Positions 1 through 11,631 of a stretch of DNA of 64,000 nucleotides are shown here, piece by piece. Origin of the DNA: Octopus vulgaris. Lineage: Eukaryota. The translations under genes were made by a program, and so were the position numbers. The notes beneath the pieces were generated by a model. That model had not been told where the DNA came from and did no database searches. It was given only the letters and a program-made list of their open reading frames with translations. The stretch covers positions 132,122,001 through 132,186,000 of the forward strand of contig OX597816.1 in the NCBI GenBank assembly GCA_951406725.2, in the 5' to 3' direction. Every line of letters starts with the position of its first letter. Position 1 is the first letter of the stretch.

Positions 1-59
1 TGCATGTGCATGCATGGGTGTGTGTGTGTGTGTTTGTGCATGTGCACGTGCACGTGTTT

Positions 60-247
60 GGTGCTCCTTTCACATGACAGCTTGTGTTGATTTGTTTACA
101 TCCTGTAACTTAGCAATTTTAGTATAAGAGACACATAAATACCAAGCTTAAAAATAAGTAATGGGGGCAATTTGTTAGATTAAAAACTTTTCGATGCAGT
201 GTTCTTGCATGGCTGCAATCCAGTGACTGAAACAAGTTAAAGACAAA
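60..247 (+). mobile_element. SINE family A1, 3' half (5' part lies outside the window)
   Basis: Matches the A1 tail of other copies (GTAACTTAGC...ATAAGTA...GCATGGCTGCAATCCAGTGACTGAAACAAG) and follows a (TG)n tract. Confidence 0.8.
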
Positions 248-483
248 TGATGAAAATACTTTTTTTTATCACTTTGGAATAGGCATGTACATCTCAGCAG
301 TGTTTAGTCCTTTTACTGTATAAATCTGACATTTGATATTCTCTATGACAAATTATTTCTCTTTGTCACAGTGCTGCCCTTTTCCTTCAAGAGAAACAGG
401 CTGTGTCTGAAATGTTAGAACTTACCCTCTCCACATCAGTCACAAAGTTATCTTGGTATATCAATATTTATCCTTCCTTTCTA

Positions 484-705
484 AGGTGGCAAGCTGGCAA
501 AATTGTTTGCCTACTGGGAAAAATGTTTGCAGCATTTCTTCTGGCTTTATGCTCTGAGTTCAAATTCTACTGAGGTTGACTTTACTTTGCATCCTTTCAA
601 GATCAGTAAAAAAATGTACCAGCTGAGCATTGGGGTTAATGTAACTGATTTAGCCCCTTCCCCGAAATTGCTGGCCGTGTCCCAGAATTTAAAATCAATA
701 TTTAT
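484..705 (+). mobile_element. SINE family C, near full length and diverged
   Basis: GGTGGCAAGCTGGCAAAA head, GAGTTCAAATTC B-box-like motif, GGTTGACTTTACTTTGCATCCTTTC body; homologous to 30224-30412. Confidence 0.8.
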
Positions 706-1075
706 TCTGCCTTTCTTATTTGTACTGAAATATTCTGTTTTAAAATTTGTTATACCACATAAAAGTTAATATGATACAGAGTGAAGGAAGAGGCACTGCT
801 CAATCCAGGATTTTTCTAGACTCATGAAATTGAAGTACCCAATTTGAATGCCCCACAGATCAGTCGGTGTCTGCAGGGAAAGCATGGGCTGGTGTTTACT
901 TGTTTGAAAGCTTGCAACAAAGTTAACTTGTGTTAGGATACCTAAGCAACAAACGATGATGAAATCGTTGTTGCCGCTGCTGCTTTTTAGGCCCACGTCA
1001 GCCCTGATTAAGATCAAAGACATTCCATCTGTAACCAACCTGTTTGATTTTGAGGGTGTGTCTAGGACCACATTA

Positions 1076-1222
1076 GGGGCTGTGTGGTAAGAAGGTTTCT
1101 TCCCAACCATATGATTCTGGGTTCAGTCCCACTGTGTGACGCCTTTGGCATATGCCTTCTACTATAGCTTCAAGCTGATCAGTCTTGTAAATGGATTTAG
1201 TGGATGGATACTAAAAGAAGCT

Positions 1223-1302
<80 letters not shown>

Positions 1303-1613
1303 ATATGTATGTGTGTGTGTGTGTGTGTGTGTGTGCATATGTATGTGTGTGTGTGTGTGTGTGTGTGCATATGTATGTGTGTGTGTATGTATATGTGTGT
1401 GTCTTTATCTCCCATCACCACTTGACATTTTGTGTTGGTTTGTTTATGTCCATGTAGCTCAGCTGTAACTTAGCGGTTTGGCATAAAAGACCAATAGAAT
1501 AAATACCAGGCTTAAAAAATAATTCCAGGGGTCAATTCGTTTGATAAAAACCCTTCGAGGCCAGTACCCCAGCATGACTGCACTCAAATGACTGAAACTA
1601 GTAAAAGATAAAG
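1076..1613 (+). mobile_element. SINE family A1, full length with internal (TA)n(TG)n microsatellite
   Basis: tRNA-like head GGCTGTGTGGTAAG...GGGTTCAGTCCC, microsatellite 1228-1400, tail ending GACTGAAACTAGTAAAAG; homologous to 25772-26247 and 61552-61989. Confidence 0.9.
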
Positions 1614-2042
1614 TGCCTTTTCCGTTTTCCTTTTTTTTTTAAACAGTAAGTTGTGATTTGAGGGAAATTTAGGCATCAGATTTCTAGCAGGTCAAGTGAT
1701 CATATAGAGGTTCCCTTGTCTCATGTTAAAGCAATGGTATTGTTAGGCATGTCACGCAAGCACAAACGTTCCTTTTAGTTAAGACCATCTCCTTGTTTGG
1801 AAGAAATTTTCGAGTCCCATGCAATTTCCTCTGATGTTACTGTTGAATTATTTCATTTCCTCTTGTTGCTATTGATGTTTTTAGTTTTGTTTGCGCCTTT
1901 TTTTACAGTTGTAAATTTCATTTTTTTTTTCTCCCTTCCTTTTTTTCCCGTCTCATTTGACGTTAGAAACCAATCCTTCTTAGTAATACTTATCGTACTG
2001 TTAAATAGCTAAGCACACATAACACACATAGACACTCACATA

Positions 2043-2045
<3 letters not shown>

Positions 2046-2101
<56 letters not shown>

Positions 2102-2124
2102 TTATATATACATACATATGTATT

Positions 2125-2162
<38 letters not shown>

Positions 2163-2176
2163 TTATATATACATAC

Positions 2177-2239
<63 letters not shown>

Positions 2240-2340
2240 TACATACATATGTATATATATATATATATATATACATACATATGTATATATATATATATAT
2301 ATATATACATATGAATATATATATATATATATATACATAC

Positions 2341-2426
<86 letters not shown>

Positions 2427-2444
2427 GTATTTATATATACATAC

Positions 2445-2491
<47 letters not shown>

Positions 2492-2518
2492 AATACATAT
2501 ATATGTATGTATATATAA

Positions 2519-2556
<38 letters not shown>

Positions 2557-2668
2557 CATAATATATATGTATTATATATAAATACATATATATGTATTTA
2601 TTATATATATATATATATATATATATGTATTTATATATACATACATATATATATATATATGTATTTAT

Positions 2669-2714
<46 letters not shown>

Positions 2715-2772
2715 TTATATATACATACATACATATATATATACATATATATATACATATATATATATATAT

Positions 2773-2813
<41 letters not shown>

Positions 2814-2860
2814 CACACACACACACGTACATACATACATGGATATATACTTGTGTGTGT
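2046..2860. repeat. Complex (TA)n / TACA / TATG microsatellite array, about 820 bp
   Basis: Seen directly; source of the IYIYIY ORFs. Confidence 0.98.
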
Positions 2861-3420
2861 GACATATGTGTGTATATAATAGAGAAAACAAAACGAAACC
2901 AACAGGTCATTCAGTTTAGTTTACACACACACACATGAATACTCCCATGATCATAATAAAATCCATTCAGTATTCAGTGAATACCATTTGAAGTGTCTTT
3001 GCAGGAGTTTTGTTTTGCGTTCACATGATATTGAATCCCTTTCTACATCGTCTTGCTTTTCACAAACATGTTCACCCTTTATTCAGAAATTTCGTTCTCT
3101 GTTGCTCTCTCTTACGTGTAAACACAACACATAAACAATTTCTCCTTCTTCTCTCTCTTTCTCATTATGTACATACACATATTCATACACAATCACATAC
3201 ACAATTATTCTGTCTGTCTCACACACATTCAAACACAAACACACAATGGAAAGTAAAACAAAATTGCATATATACCCATGTGGCATTCTATTCTAGATTT
3301 CATCTATTCATCATTGTCTTTCAGCAAACTACTCCATTTTCCTTTTATTGTGGTGGTGTTGGTGCTGATGACGATCATCATCATCATACTAATGCTGCTG
3401 CTGCTGATGATGATGATGAT

Positions 3421-3570
3421 CACGGCCATGGTAATAGCGATCCATGATCGAAGAGAATGACGGGAGTGTCGTAATTGTTTGTTTTACTCTACGACACGGT
3501 TCTGGTTCCTTATAGATATTTCCCTCCAATGACGTCATACGTTCGCCACCATTCCCTATCGATAAATTTC
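3421..3570. promoter_or_regulatory. Candidate promoter or regulatory element (CpG-retaining; CCAAT, CRE and DRE motifs)
   Basis: About 11 CpGs in 145 bp; CCAAT 3526-3530, TGACGTCA 3530-3537, TATCGATA 3557-3564. Function is inferred. Confidence 0.4.
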
Positions 3571-3771
3571 TAGACTTATGATGTCTGAGGAAGCAATATT
3601 ATATAAAGTTAGTTACTATTTCTGTTGTTAAAATAACAACTGAGAGTTTCACACTAGATACTTGACATTATTGTTATTACTGTTGTTTAGTGTTAGCAGA
3701 CTTATCATCAGTGTCTTGCCCATCATAACCATCCCAACTTTGAAGTGTTATCCAGGATCTACTTTTTCTAA

Positions 3772-4156
3772 TCTTTAATCTGTTACTTGTTCCAGTCGCT
3801 GAACTGCAGCCATGCCAGGGCCACTGTCTTTAAAGGGTTTATCCAAACAACCACCCCCATCAGTACTTATTTTTTAAAGTCTACTGGTCTCTCTGTAGCC
3901 AAAATACTTAAGTTATGATATAAACAAACCAATGCTGCTTGTCAAATGGGGGACACACACAAAGATACTCATGTACGTGCATGCGCGCATATCTGAAGGC
4001 CTTCCACGCAGTTTTCGTCCATCAAACTCATAACTCTTTAGTTGGTTTGGGGCTGTAGTAGAAGACACTTGCCCAAGGTCTTGCCTACTTGCACAGTGGA
4101 ACTAAACCTAAAACCATGTGGTTGCAAAATGAGCTTCTCAACCAAACGGCCATGCG
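3772..4156 (-). mobile_element. SINE family A1, diverged
   Basis: Reverse complement of the A1 tail (TTACTTGTTCCAGTC) through the head (GAAGACACTTGCCCAAGG, AACCATGTGGTTG). Confidence 0.85.
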
Positions 4157-4439
4157 TGTACATATATTGGTACCTTACCAACATAGTATTATTTCAAATT
4201 CAGTTTAAATGAAAAACTTGTAAGTTCACAAATTTTTGGAGTTCTTTTAAAATTTGTATTTTCAACTGTGAGCATGTAACAAATCCTCATCCTGACCAGA
4301 TTCCAATGCTGGATGTTCAAGAACCAAATGAAGGGCAAATTTTCAAACCCAGGATCATCCTGATTCCAATAAGGTATAATATGTCTATGTAGAACAAATA
4401 TAGACTGAGATACAGAGGTCCCAGATAGACAGAATTTTG

Positions 4440-4548
4440 CATTTATTATTATAGATAAAGTTATTTGACTAAAGTTCTTCATTATTTTCACAATCAATTG
4501 AAACAGAAACAGTATGTTTCAACAGAAATATAGTAATAAATGAGTTAA
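4440..4548 (-). mobile_element. Partial piggyBac-type MITE, family F
   Basis: Ends in AACAGAAATATAGTAATAAATGAGTTAA, the reverse complement of the family F start at 39653 and 11632. Confidence 0.55.
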
Positions 4549-5429
4549 AGGTTAACTATGAAGCATTAGTTTTACATATTCTGGATTAGCCTAACTAAAT
4601 TTTCTGATTCAAGAATATGGATTATCTATGATGACACTCTGCCTTTTTGCTAGAAATACAATGGAGCATTTGAAAGTAGGTTATAGTGTGAATTTATTTT
4701 GTCTAGTTTACAGAGTTCAAAGTGTAGATAAACCTTAACTAATTTTGGAAGTCATCTAGAAAATTTGCTGCAAGGGGTTTGCCGTTTAGGACTAATTACA
4801 GATACCATTATACTTAAAATGAGTAAACATTGTACTTAATTATGTCAATTGTAGGGAAGCCTCTTTCTTGGGTGATTGTGGATCACAGACAATTCTTTTT
4901 TGTTTATCTATTATATATATATGAGTGTGTGTGTGTGTTTGCGTGTATGTATGTGTGTGTTTGTCTCTTTTTCTGCCATCCTCTTCCTCCTCTTTAAGTG
5001 CTGTTTTGGAAAAAAACTCCACCCATATCCTGCAGAGATCATTTCTAATGTAGAACTACTGCACGATTTGAGTGGGATTCAGTGCAGTTGATATTTTGGT
5101 TTGAAATGTTGAAGGTTATAATTGATGGGAACAGAAGTGAATGAGAGCTGGGGCGTGGTGGGGGATAGGGTGGAAAAAAGTTCTAGAAAACTTTAGTAAG
5201 GAAGATTGTTGATGATTATTTAGTGCATGTTGTTTAATATAATAGTGGCAGCAGTAAATGAACTTTGCACCAAAGAGCCTAGTATTCAGTTAGCTTGTTT
5301 TAAAACTTTAGTCACAAAATTATATTGAGTTCTTATATAGACATATGGTCATATATTTTTGTGGAGAGGACTGCCAGTTATATCAACCAACTCCTGTACT
5401 GGACTCATCTTGGTTCTTTATCATCTCCA

Positions 5430-6130
5430 TCGTGAGGCCCAGCATCTTGATCAGCCTTCACTGCTTTGTCCCATATTTTCCTGGGTTTCCTGCTTCAAGT
5501 TCCATCTACTGTAAATGATCAGTACTTCTTTATATAGCTGTTGTAATCCATATACATCACATGGCCATACCAGCTTCTGACTTGCATGCTACATCTAATT
5601 CCTCTTTTGACCAGTTTTTCTTTCAACACATTTGCACTTTGTCATGCATGCCCACTTGATGTTTCACATCCATTGGAGCATCCTAGCTTCATTCCTTCTT
5701 AGTCTTTACATCTCTGCATTCAGAGCCCATGTCTCATTACCATTTAACAGTGCTGTTTGTACACAAGCATCATACAATCTGCTTTTCACTCTGAAAGAGA
5801 AACTTTTTGGTACCAACAAGGGACAATAACTCCCTGAACTTTCTTCATCCTAGTCTTATCCTAGAAACTATTCTTTCAGAACAGCCTTGGCCACTGCCAA
5901 TTAAGTTATCTAGATAACAGAAACTATCTATTACTTTTAGGAAACATCCAGGGTATTTGAGAGGAACTATCTCCTGTGTTTATTGATCTGGTGCATCTGC
6001 CACAAACAAAGTCTACCTTCTCCAGTAACCTTCCTGTGATTCCATTGCACCTCTTGTGTGTCCATAGCTTGCATTTGGTACACTGTATGAAATTTCTATG
6101 CACACCTTTCTTACATAATAAACAGGGACA
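5430..6130 (-). mobile_element. RTE-clade LINE relic (3' part of the RT ORF with a PHD-type zinc finger); frameshifts and stops
   Basis: Manual minus-strand translation gives PCLLCKKGVHRNFIQCTKCKLWTHKRCNGITG...FVCGRC, LKVIDSFCYL, RIRLG*RKFREL, VKSRLYDACVQTALLNGNETWAL and WYGHVM, all typical RTE C-terminal motifs. Confidence 0.9.
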
Positions 6131-6519
6131 TTTACTGAAAAGAAAATATTACATATATACAAATATTTATATGTTGCCTCAACTGGTCCTGTCTCATTCA
6201 ACATCAAAGAAGAAATAACCCCCTCTCTCTCCCATAACACTCAAAAGGTACCTAGACAAATTGTTTCCAAGAAATATCTGACAAACTGACTAATACCTTC
6301 ATATATTTCAGCAAACAACCACTCCCTACTCAAATGGGCTACATACGGTGTCCTAAAACATGACTTAAAAATCTATTCCAGTTGGTGCTATTAAGTTATA
6401 CATGACTGAAGTTATGTATGTTATGGTGGACAGAAAAATAGGATGGCCATAGCTCAAATATCTTTGTGTGTAAGCTCAATCAGAAGTGACCTAGAGCTGA
6501 AACAATACCCCACAAGAAC

Positions 6520-6695
6520 TTTACCACACTGGTAACCACAACCTTTGCTGTCATAACAACTGACACTACTACCATCACCACCAACACCACCACTGCTAAT
6601 ATTATCAATATTACTACCTCAACCACTCCTAGTAATATCATTACCGTCACTATTCCCACTACGCCCTGTAATACTAATACTACTACTGACATCAT
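6520..6695. repeat. Degenerate (ACC/ACT)n trinucleotide low-complexity tract
   Basis: Seen directly; explains the poly-Val ORF 6480-6695. Confidence 0.85.
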
Positions 6696-7047
6696 TGGAA
6701 GCCTCCTATGTATGTAACTACATATTAAATTCTGATTGGATGTTTCAGCTAGACTCTGTCCCAGAGAAACTGCTTTGGCTACTTAGTGTCAATAGTTAAC
6801 AATCTTTGCAATTATAATTAATTTACTTTTAAATGACTTTGCTAAGCTTCCTATTAAATGTTGTTGTTGCTGCTACTGTTGTTTTGTTGAGTAATAAAAG
6901 TTGTTTTCATTTATTTATTTCCTGTCTTTACCATCTAATTGTCGTCTAAAATAGACTTGGCATACTTACAGTACTGAAGCTTCCGTCAGTATCAGTAATA
7001 CTTATACTACCAATATTGCATATCTAAGTGACTAGGTAATTAATAAG

Positions 7048-7066
7048 TATGTGTGTGTGTGTATAT

Positions 7067-7123
<57 letters not shown>

Positions 7124-7161
7124 TATATATGTATAGGTGCATAAGTATGTATGTATATGTG

Positions 7162-7242
<81 letters not shown>

Positions 7243-7250
7243 CACACACA
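7048..7250. repeat. (TG)n(TA)n compound microsatellite
   Basis: Seen directly. Confidence 0.97.
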
Positions 7251-7413
7251 CTCTGCTGGGTGATTCGTGTTAGGAAGGGCATCTAGCTGTAAAAATCATG
7301 CCAAAACAGCCACAGAAGTCTAGTGCAGGCTTCTGCCTGGCTGGTTCTTATCAAACTGTCCCACCCATGCCAGCATGAAAGGCAGACATTAAACGATGAT
7401 GGTGATGATGATG
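7251..7413 (+). mobile_element. SINE family B, 3' part with (GAT)n tail
   Basis: GTTAGGAAGGGCATCTAGCTGTAAAA...CCCATGCCAGCATG...TTAAACGATGATG. Confidence 0.85.
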
Positions 7414-7470
7414 TATATATATATATGTATATTCATATTTGTATATTCATATATACATATATATATATAT

Positions 7471-7700
7471 ATCATCATTTGTTAACGTCCATTTTCCATG
7501 TTGGCTTGGGTTGGACAACTTGACCAGAGCTGGCAGCTGGAGAGATGCACCAGGTTCCAGTCTGATTTGTCTTGGTTTCTATGTCTGAATGTCCTTCTTA
7601 ACACCAACCACTTCACAGTGTATGCTGGGTGCTTTTAATGTGCTGCTGGCAAGAGTACTTTTTACATGACACCAGAACAAATACGTTTTACATGGCACTG
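7471..7700 (-). mobile_element. SINE family B, inverted relative to 7251-7413
   Basis: (CAT)n, TTTTCCATG, GGGTTGGAC, CACCAGGTTCCAGTCTGATTTG, CCAACCAC. Confidence 0.85.
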
Positions 7701-7769
7701 GCTTATATATATTTATTTGCATGTTTGTTTGTGTGTGTATGAGTGCATGTATATCTCTCTCTCTCTATT

Positions 7770-7804
<35 letters not shown>

Positions 7805-8499
7805 GCATGTGTATACATACATACATATATATATATATAATATATAATGCATGTGTATACATACATACATATAAATATATACATATATATATAATGCATA
7901 TGTATACATACATACATATATATATATTGTGTGTGTGTGTGTTTGAACAGGCATTAATATATGTGTTTGTGTGTTTATGTATGTATGTATATACAGGCAA
8001 ACCCCATGTTTATGAATTAATTCATTCCTGACTAGATTCATAAAGTAAAAAATTCATATAGTGGAGTATTATCATCTATAGAAAACAATGAATACACTTT
8101 CAGTTAGTTCCCACTAAAGAAGATGATTCTCAAACTTTCTAAAATTGAAAAAAAGGTCAAGATAAAAATAGCAATATACAAGAGTATACTCTTTTATTAA
8201 ATCACAAATTACAGAATGAAAAAATAGAAAAACATAAAACAAAAACAATTCAGCTTGTAAAATTTAATTTGTATCCATTGGAGTTGCCATCACTGGGGCC
8301 TCTTGAGTGCATGTCAATTCTATTCGTTGAGTTTCTTCTTGGAGTAAAGATTGTTTGCCAACATAACATGGCAGTCCTGGTTTAGGATGAATGTTGCTGT
8401 AATTTAGCCCCAGGAAACATTGTCTCCAGATGGCTATACAACATGATCTATGTCCTTATATTTTTGAGCAAGGGAATCTAACACCCCCACTCAGCTCTA

Positions 8500-8810
8500 A
8501 ATAATATCTGTGTATTGCGATTTCTGGGTTATTTCTCTTCATCAGCACAGAAGTTTCTTCTTGTTTTGATGTTTGGTCCGCATTAGTTTTCTTTGTTAAA
8601 AAATTATATAAAGTTGATTGTTGAAAAGATTTCTTCTCCAACAGTAGATTTTACGATGACAAGCATGACCTCTCATTAAATTTACAGCAACAGGTGAACT
8701 TCTTTCAACATCAGTATTTTGCTGCTCAAAGACTTCAGTTGATTTTTCAATTTGAATAACATCTTTGGGTGAAATTTCGAAGTTCAATTCCTTTGTGATG
8801 TTTATGATCA
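8500..8810 (-). mobile_element. Tigger/pogo-type DNA transposase relic (C-terminus)
   Basis: Joining ORFs 8596-8907 and 8456-8641 across one frameshift gives VFEQQNTDVERSSPVAVNLMRGHACHRKIY-EKKSFQQSTLYNFL, resembling the Tigger/TIGD C-terminal pattern FExxDPNxER...CYRxIYxEKK..QTxLxxFF (recalled from memory, not searched). Confidence 0.7.
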
Positions 8811-8811
8811 T

Positions 8812-9150
8812 GCCAGTTTGACTGGGGAATGTCAAGCCAGGAGGCCGCACCAGGCTCCAATCTGATCTGGCAGTGTTTCTACAGTTGGATGCCCTTCCTA
8901 ACGCCAACCACTCCGAGAGTGTAGTAGGTGCTTTTTACGTGCCACCGGCACGGGAGCCAGTCAGGTGGCACTGACATTGGCCACGTTCAGATAGTGCTTT
9001 TTACGTGCTACTGGCAAAGGAGCCAGTCGTGGTGGATGCTGGGGGAGGCTGGCATTGACATGTTTGGATGGTGCTTTTTACGTGCCACCGGCATGGGGAG
9101 CCAGTCAGGCGGCACTGGCAATGACTCACACATGCATGGTGCTTATTGCG
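8812..9150 (-). mobile_element. SINE family B with internal tandem units of about 65-78 bp
   Basis: GGATGCCCTTCCTAACGCCAACCACTCCGAGAGTG followed by three GTGCTTTTTACGTGCCACCGGCA-type units. Confidence 0.9.
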
Positions 9151-9697
9151 GGCCGGTTAAAAATCAATGCAGATAACAATAAAGTATGATAATGGTAATA
9201 TTTTAGTGCTTGAACAGAAAATAGCAGTGTTGAATAGACACATGTTCTTAATCCAGTGGCAGCTTAGCAAGTAATACTGAATTAAGCCAAAATGGGCTTT
9301 CAGCAGTTACGTGTGTGTATGTGTGTGTGTGTAAAGAGAAATAGATAAAATTGACATGTTCCTTTGCCTATTGTGTAGGTTTACATATATTATATCATAC
9401 TTTGATATCGTGTAGACTGGTTTCCTCATTGACGGGCTGCTGATATTAAAGTGTGTTAAACACTAATGGCAATATGCAAATTTGTAGTTCCAACTCTCTG
9501 AAACTACTAGATTTGGTATGTGTATAAAGAGAATGGCTATTTGTTTCTTGGTCAAGGAATGTAAACACTTCTGATGAGATCTCAATAAGAGTGGAAAATT
9601 GATTCATTATTTTTTCACTTTGCAGAGAAACAGGTAAAATTGATATGATTTTGTATCTACTCTGTAGGTTCACGCGCATACAGACATACACCATATA

Positions 9698-9965
9698 TCA
9701 TTATCATCAACATTTAACATCAGCTGTCCATGCTAGCATGACTTGGCCAGTTTGACCAAGGTTGACAAGCTGAGGGGCTGCACCAGACTCCAGTCTGATT
9801 TAGTATGTTTTGTACAGCTCAGTGCCCTTCCTAACATCAAACACTCCGAGTGTGTAATGGGCACTTTTACGTGCCATTGGTACAGGTGCTGGTTGTGTGA
9901 CACTTGTATCTGTCACAACTACAATTTCACTTGGCTTCATATGGGTCTTCTATTCAAGCATGGCA
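9698..9965 (-). mobile_element. SINE family B
   Basis: CATTTAACATC...CCATGCTAGCATG...GCTGCACCAGACTCCAGTCTGATT...TGCCCTTCCTAAC. Confidence 0.85.
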
Positions 9966-10138
9966 CTACTTGGACTTTGGTTATATGTCTATTAGTATGT
10001 TGATTGATATTGTATGAAGCTGGTTAGTTTGCTTGAAAAAGCAGATGTGATCGTGTTTCTGTACCAGCATCTATGTCAGAGTTGTATACATATTAAGGAG
10101 AACTCAGTATATCTAGTGAGATATCTTTTCCTGCACCA

Positions 10139-10242
10139 AGCACCTGAAGAGACACAACTTGCACTGGTTAGTGCAACACAAAGTGCACAATATCCTGCCC
10201 CTATCGGACAGATGCAGGATGGGTCGAAAAGATTGTCATGCT
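10139..10242 (+). ncRNA. Decayed type I hammerhead ribozyme motif, probably the terminus of a Penelope-like element
   Basis: AGCAC-CTGAAGA-GAC[branched insert]GTC-GAAA-AGATTG-TC-ATGCT, then AATAAA at 10244-10249. Confidence 0.6.
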
Positions 10243-10507
10243 GAATAAAAATTCATAGTAAATCCATCTTCCGTTTCCTCTATCAATTATATATATGTAA
10301 AAAGATTTGAATAACACCTGTATTTAAGTCCATTTATTTATTTATCTATATTATGCAAAAACATTTCACCTTAACCTGGAGTTTCTACCTTTATAAAGTA
10401 GGCTGTTTACATCCTTGGTACTTGTGTGAATTTTTGCTACCTTGGTAACTATTTATTTATTTTTTCCATGTTATTTGTAAACATTGAAAAAATACTCATA
10501 CATTTAG

Positions 10508-10577
<70 letters not shown>

Positions 10578-10578
10578 A
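10508..10578. repeat. (TA)n(TG)n microsatellite
   Basis: Seen directly. Confidence 0.97.
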
Positions 10579-11631
10579 TAAACATATAGTGTGTTGCTGT
10601 ATGATTTAATTTGTGATTGAATATTACTAAATTATGATATATCCATGTGTTTGTACTTGCTTGTCTTATTAACCTGTATTTATACATATACATTTATGTA
10701 TGTGCATGCGTGTGTGAGCATGCATATATATATGTATGTATACACAGACATACACACACATAAAACATATATGAAGATACACACACACAGTAGTGTGTGC
10801 GTAATTTGTGCTTGTGTATAAGATAAACTTGTTATTGATATTGTATGAAGCTGGTTAGTTTGCTTGAAAAAGCAGATGTGAGCGTGTTTCTATATCAGTG
10901 TCTATGTCAGACCTAATTATTGAAACTCTATCCTCCACATCAAGGAGAAATGGAACTGGTTGTGAGTTGATATGACTTTCTTTGATTGAACAAAGTGATG
11001 GTTCCAGCAAGCCTAGTACAAGGTATGTTTCAGAAGACTTCCAGGAGACATTGCTGCTAATGAATATCTGTATGGGATAATCTAACCACCACTGGTCTGA
11101 CTGGATAGTTTTTTTAGCCTTGGCAGGAAAGTAGATCAGTGAGTAAAATGCCTGGCCATAAGATTAAACAGATGAGTAATTAAGTCACTTAACCCAGCAA
11201 CTATTGTGGCAACCTAACCTATTATTTTTAAAATGATGGATATAGTTGTTGTTAGTAAAATACATTTTTATTAAAAAGTACCATATCTTGCAAGACTCAA
11301 GAATTTTCTCTTGGAACCTTGGTGTTGCTCATTCGCACTTCAAGAAATACTGCCATGATCCATAGGGCAAGTCAGTTTGACAAAGATCATTCTTCTCTAA
11401 GTGATGCTCATGGTGGAATTTTCTCTCTGAATTCGAAGCTAACAAAGCATCCCTCACTTCTGCAGTTTTCCCACTGCTTGCTGTGGTGACATGTACAATC
11501 AGTGATACCTATTTCATTGTAAGGCAGTTTCAGTTAATTATGCTGGTCATAGAAACAGTGCAGTATCAATGATAAGATATGAACTGTACATCTTTCCAAT
11601 CAACAGTTTAAAATTCTGATAATTTGACCAG

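Noticed and set aside
1136-2910. Many overlapping ORFs rich in IY/CV/HT
   Set aside because: They are translations of dinucleotide microsatellites, not genes.
3585-3650. CTGAGGA core candidate
   Set aside because: No GAAA box or matching stems downstream.
8925-9140. Repeat-spacer pattern resembling a CRISPR array
   Set aside because: The spacers are homologous to each other, the array is inside a SINE, the DNA is eukaryotic and there are no cas genes.
9571-9610. CTGATGA...GAAA hammerhead-like spacing
   Set aside because: Stem II is poor and the flanks (CACTT versus ATTAT) cannot form stem I.
11330-11510. About 60 open codons on the minus strand
   Set aside because: No start codon, no polypyrimidine tract and no recognisable motif.
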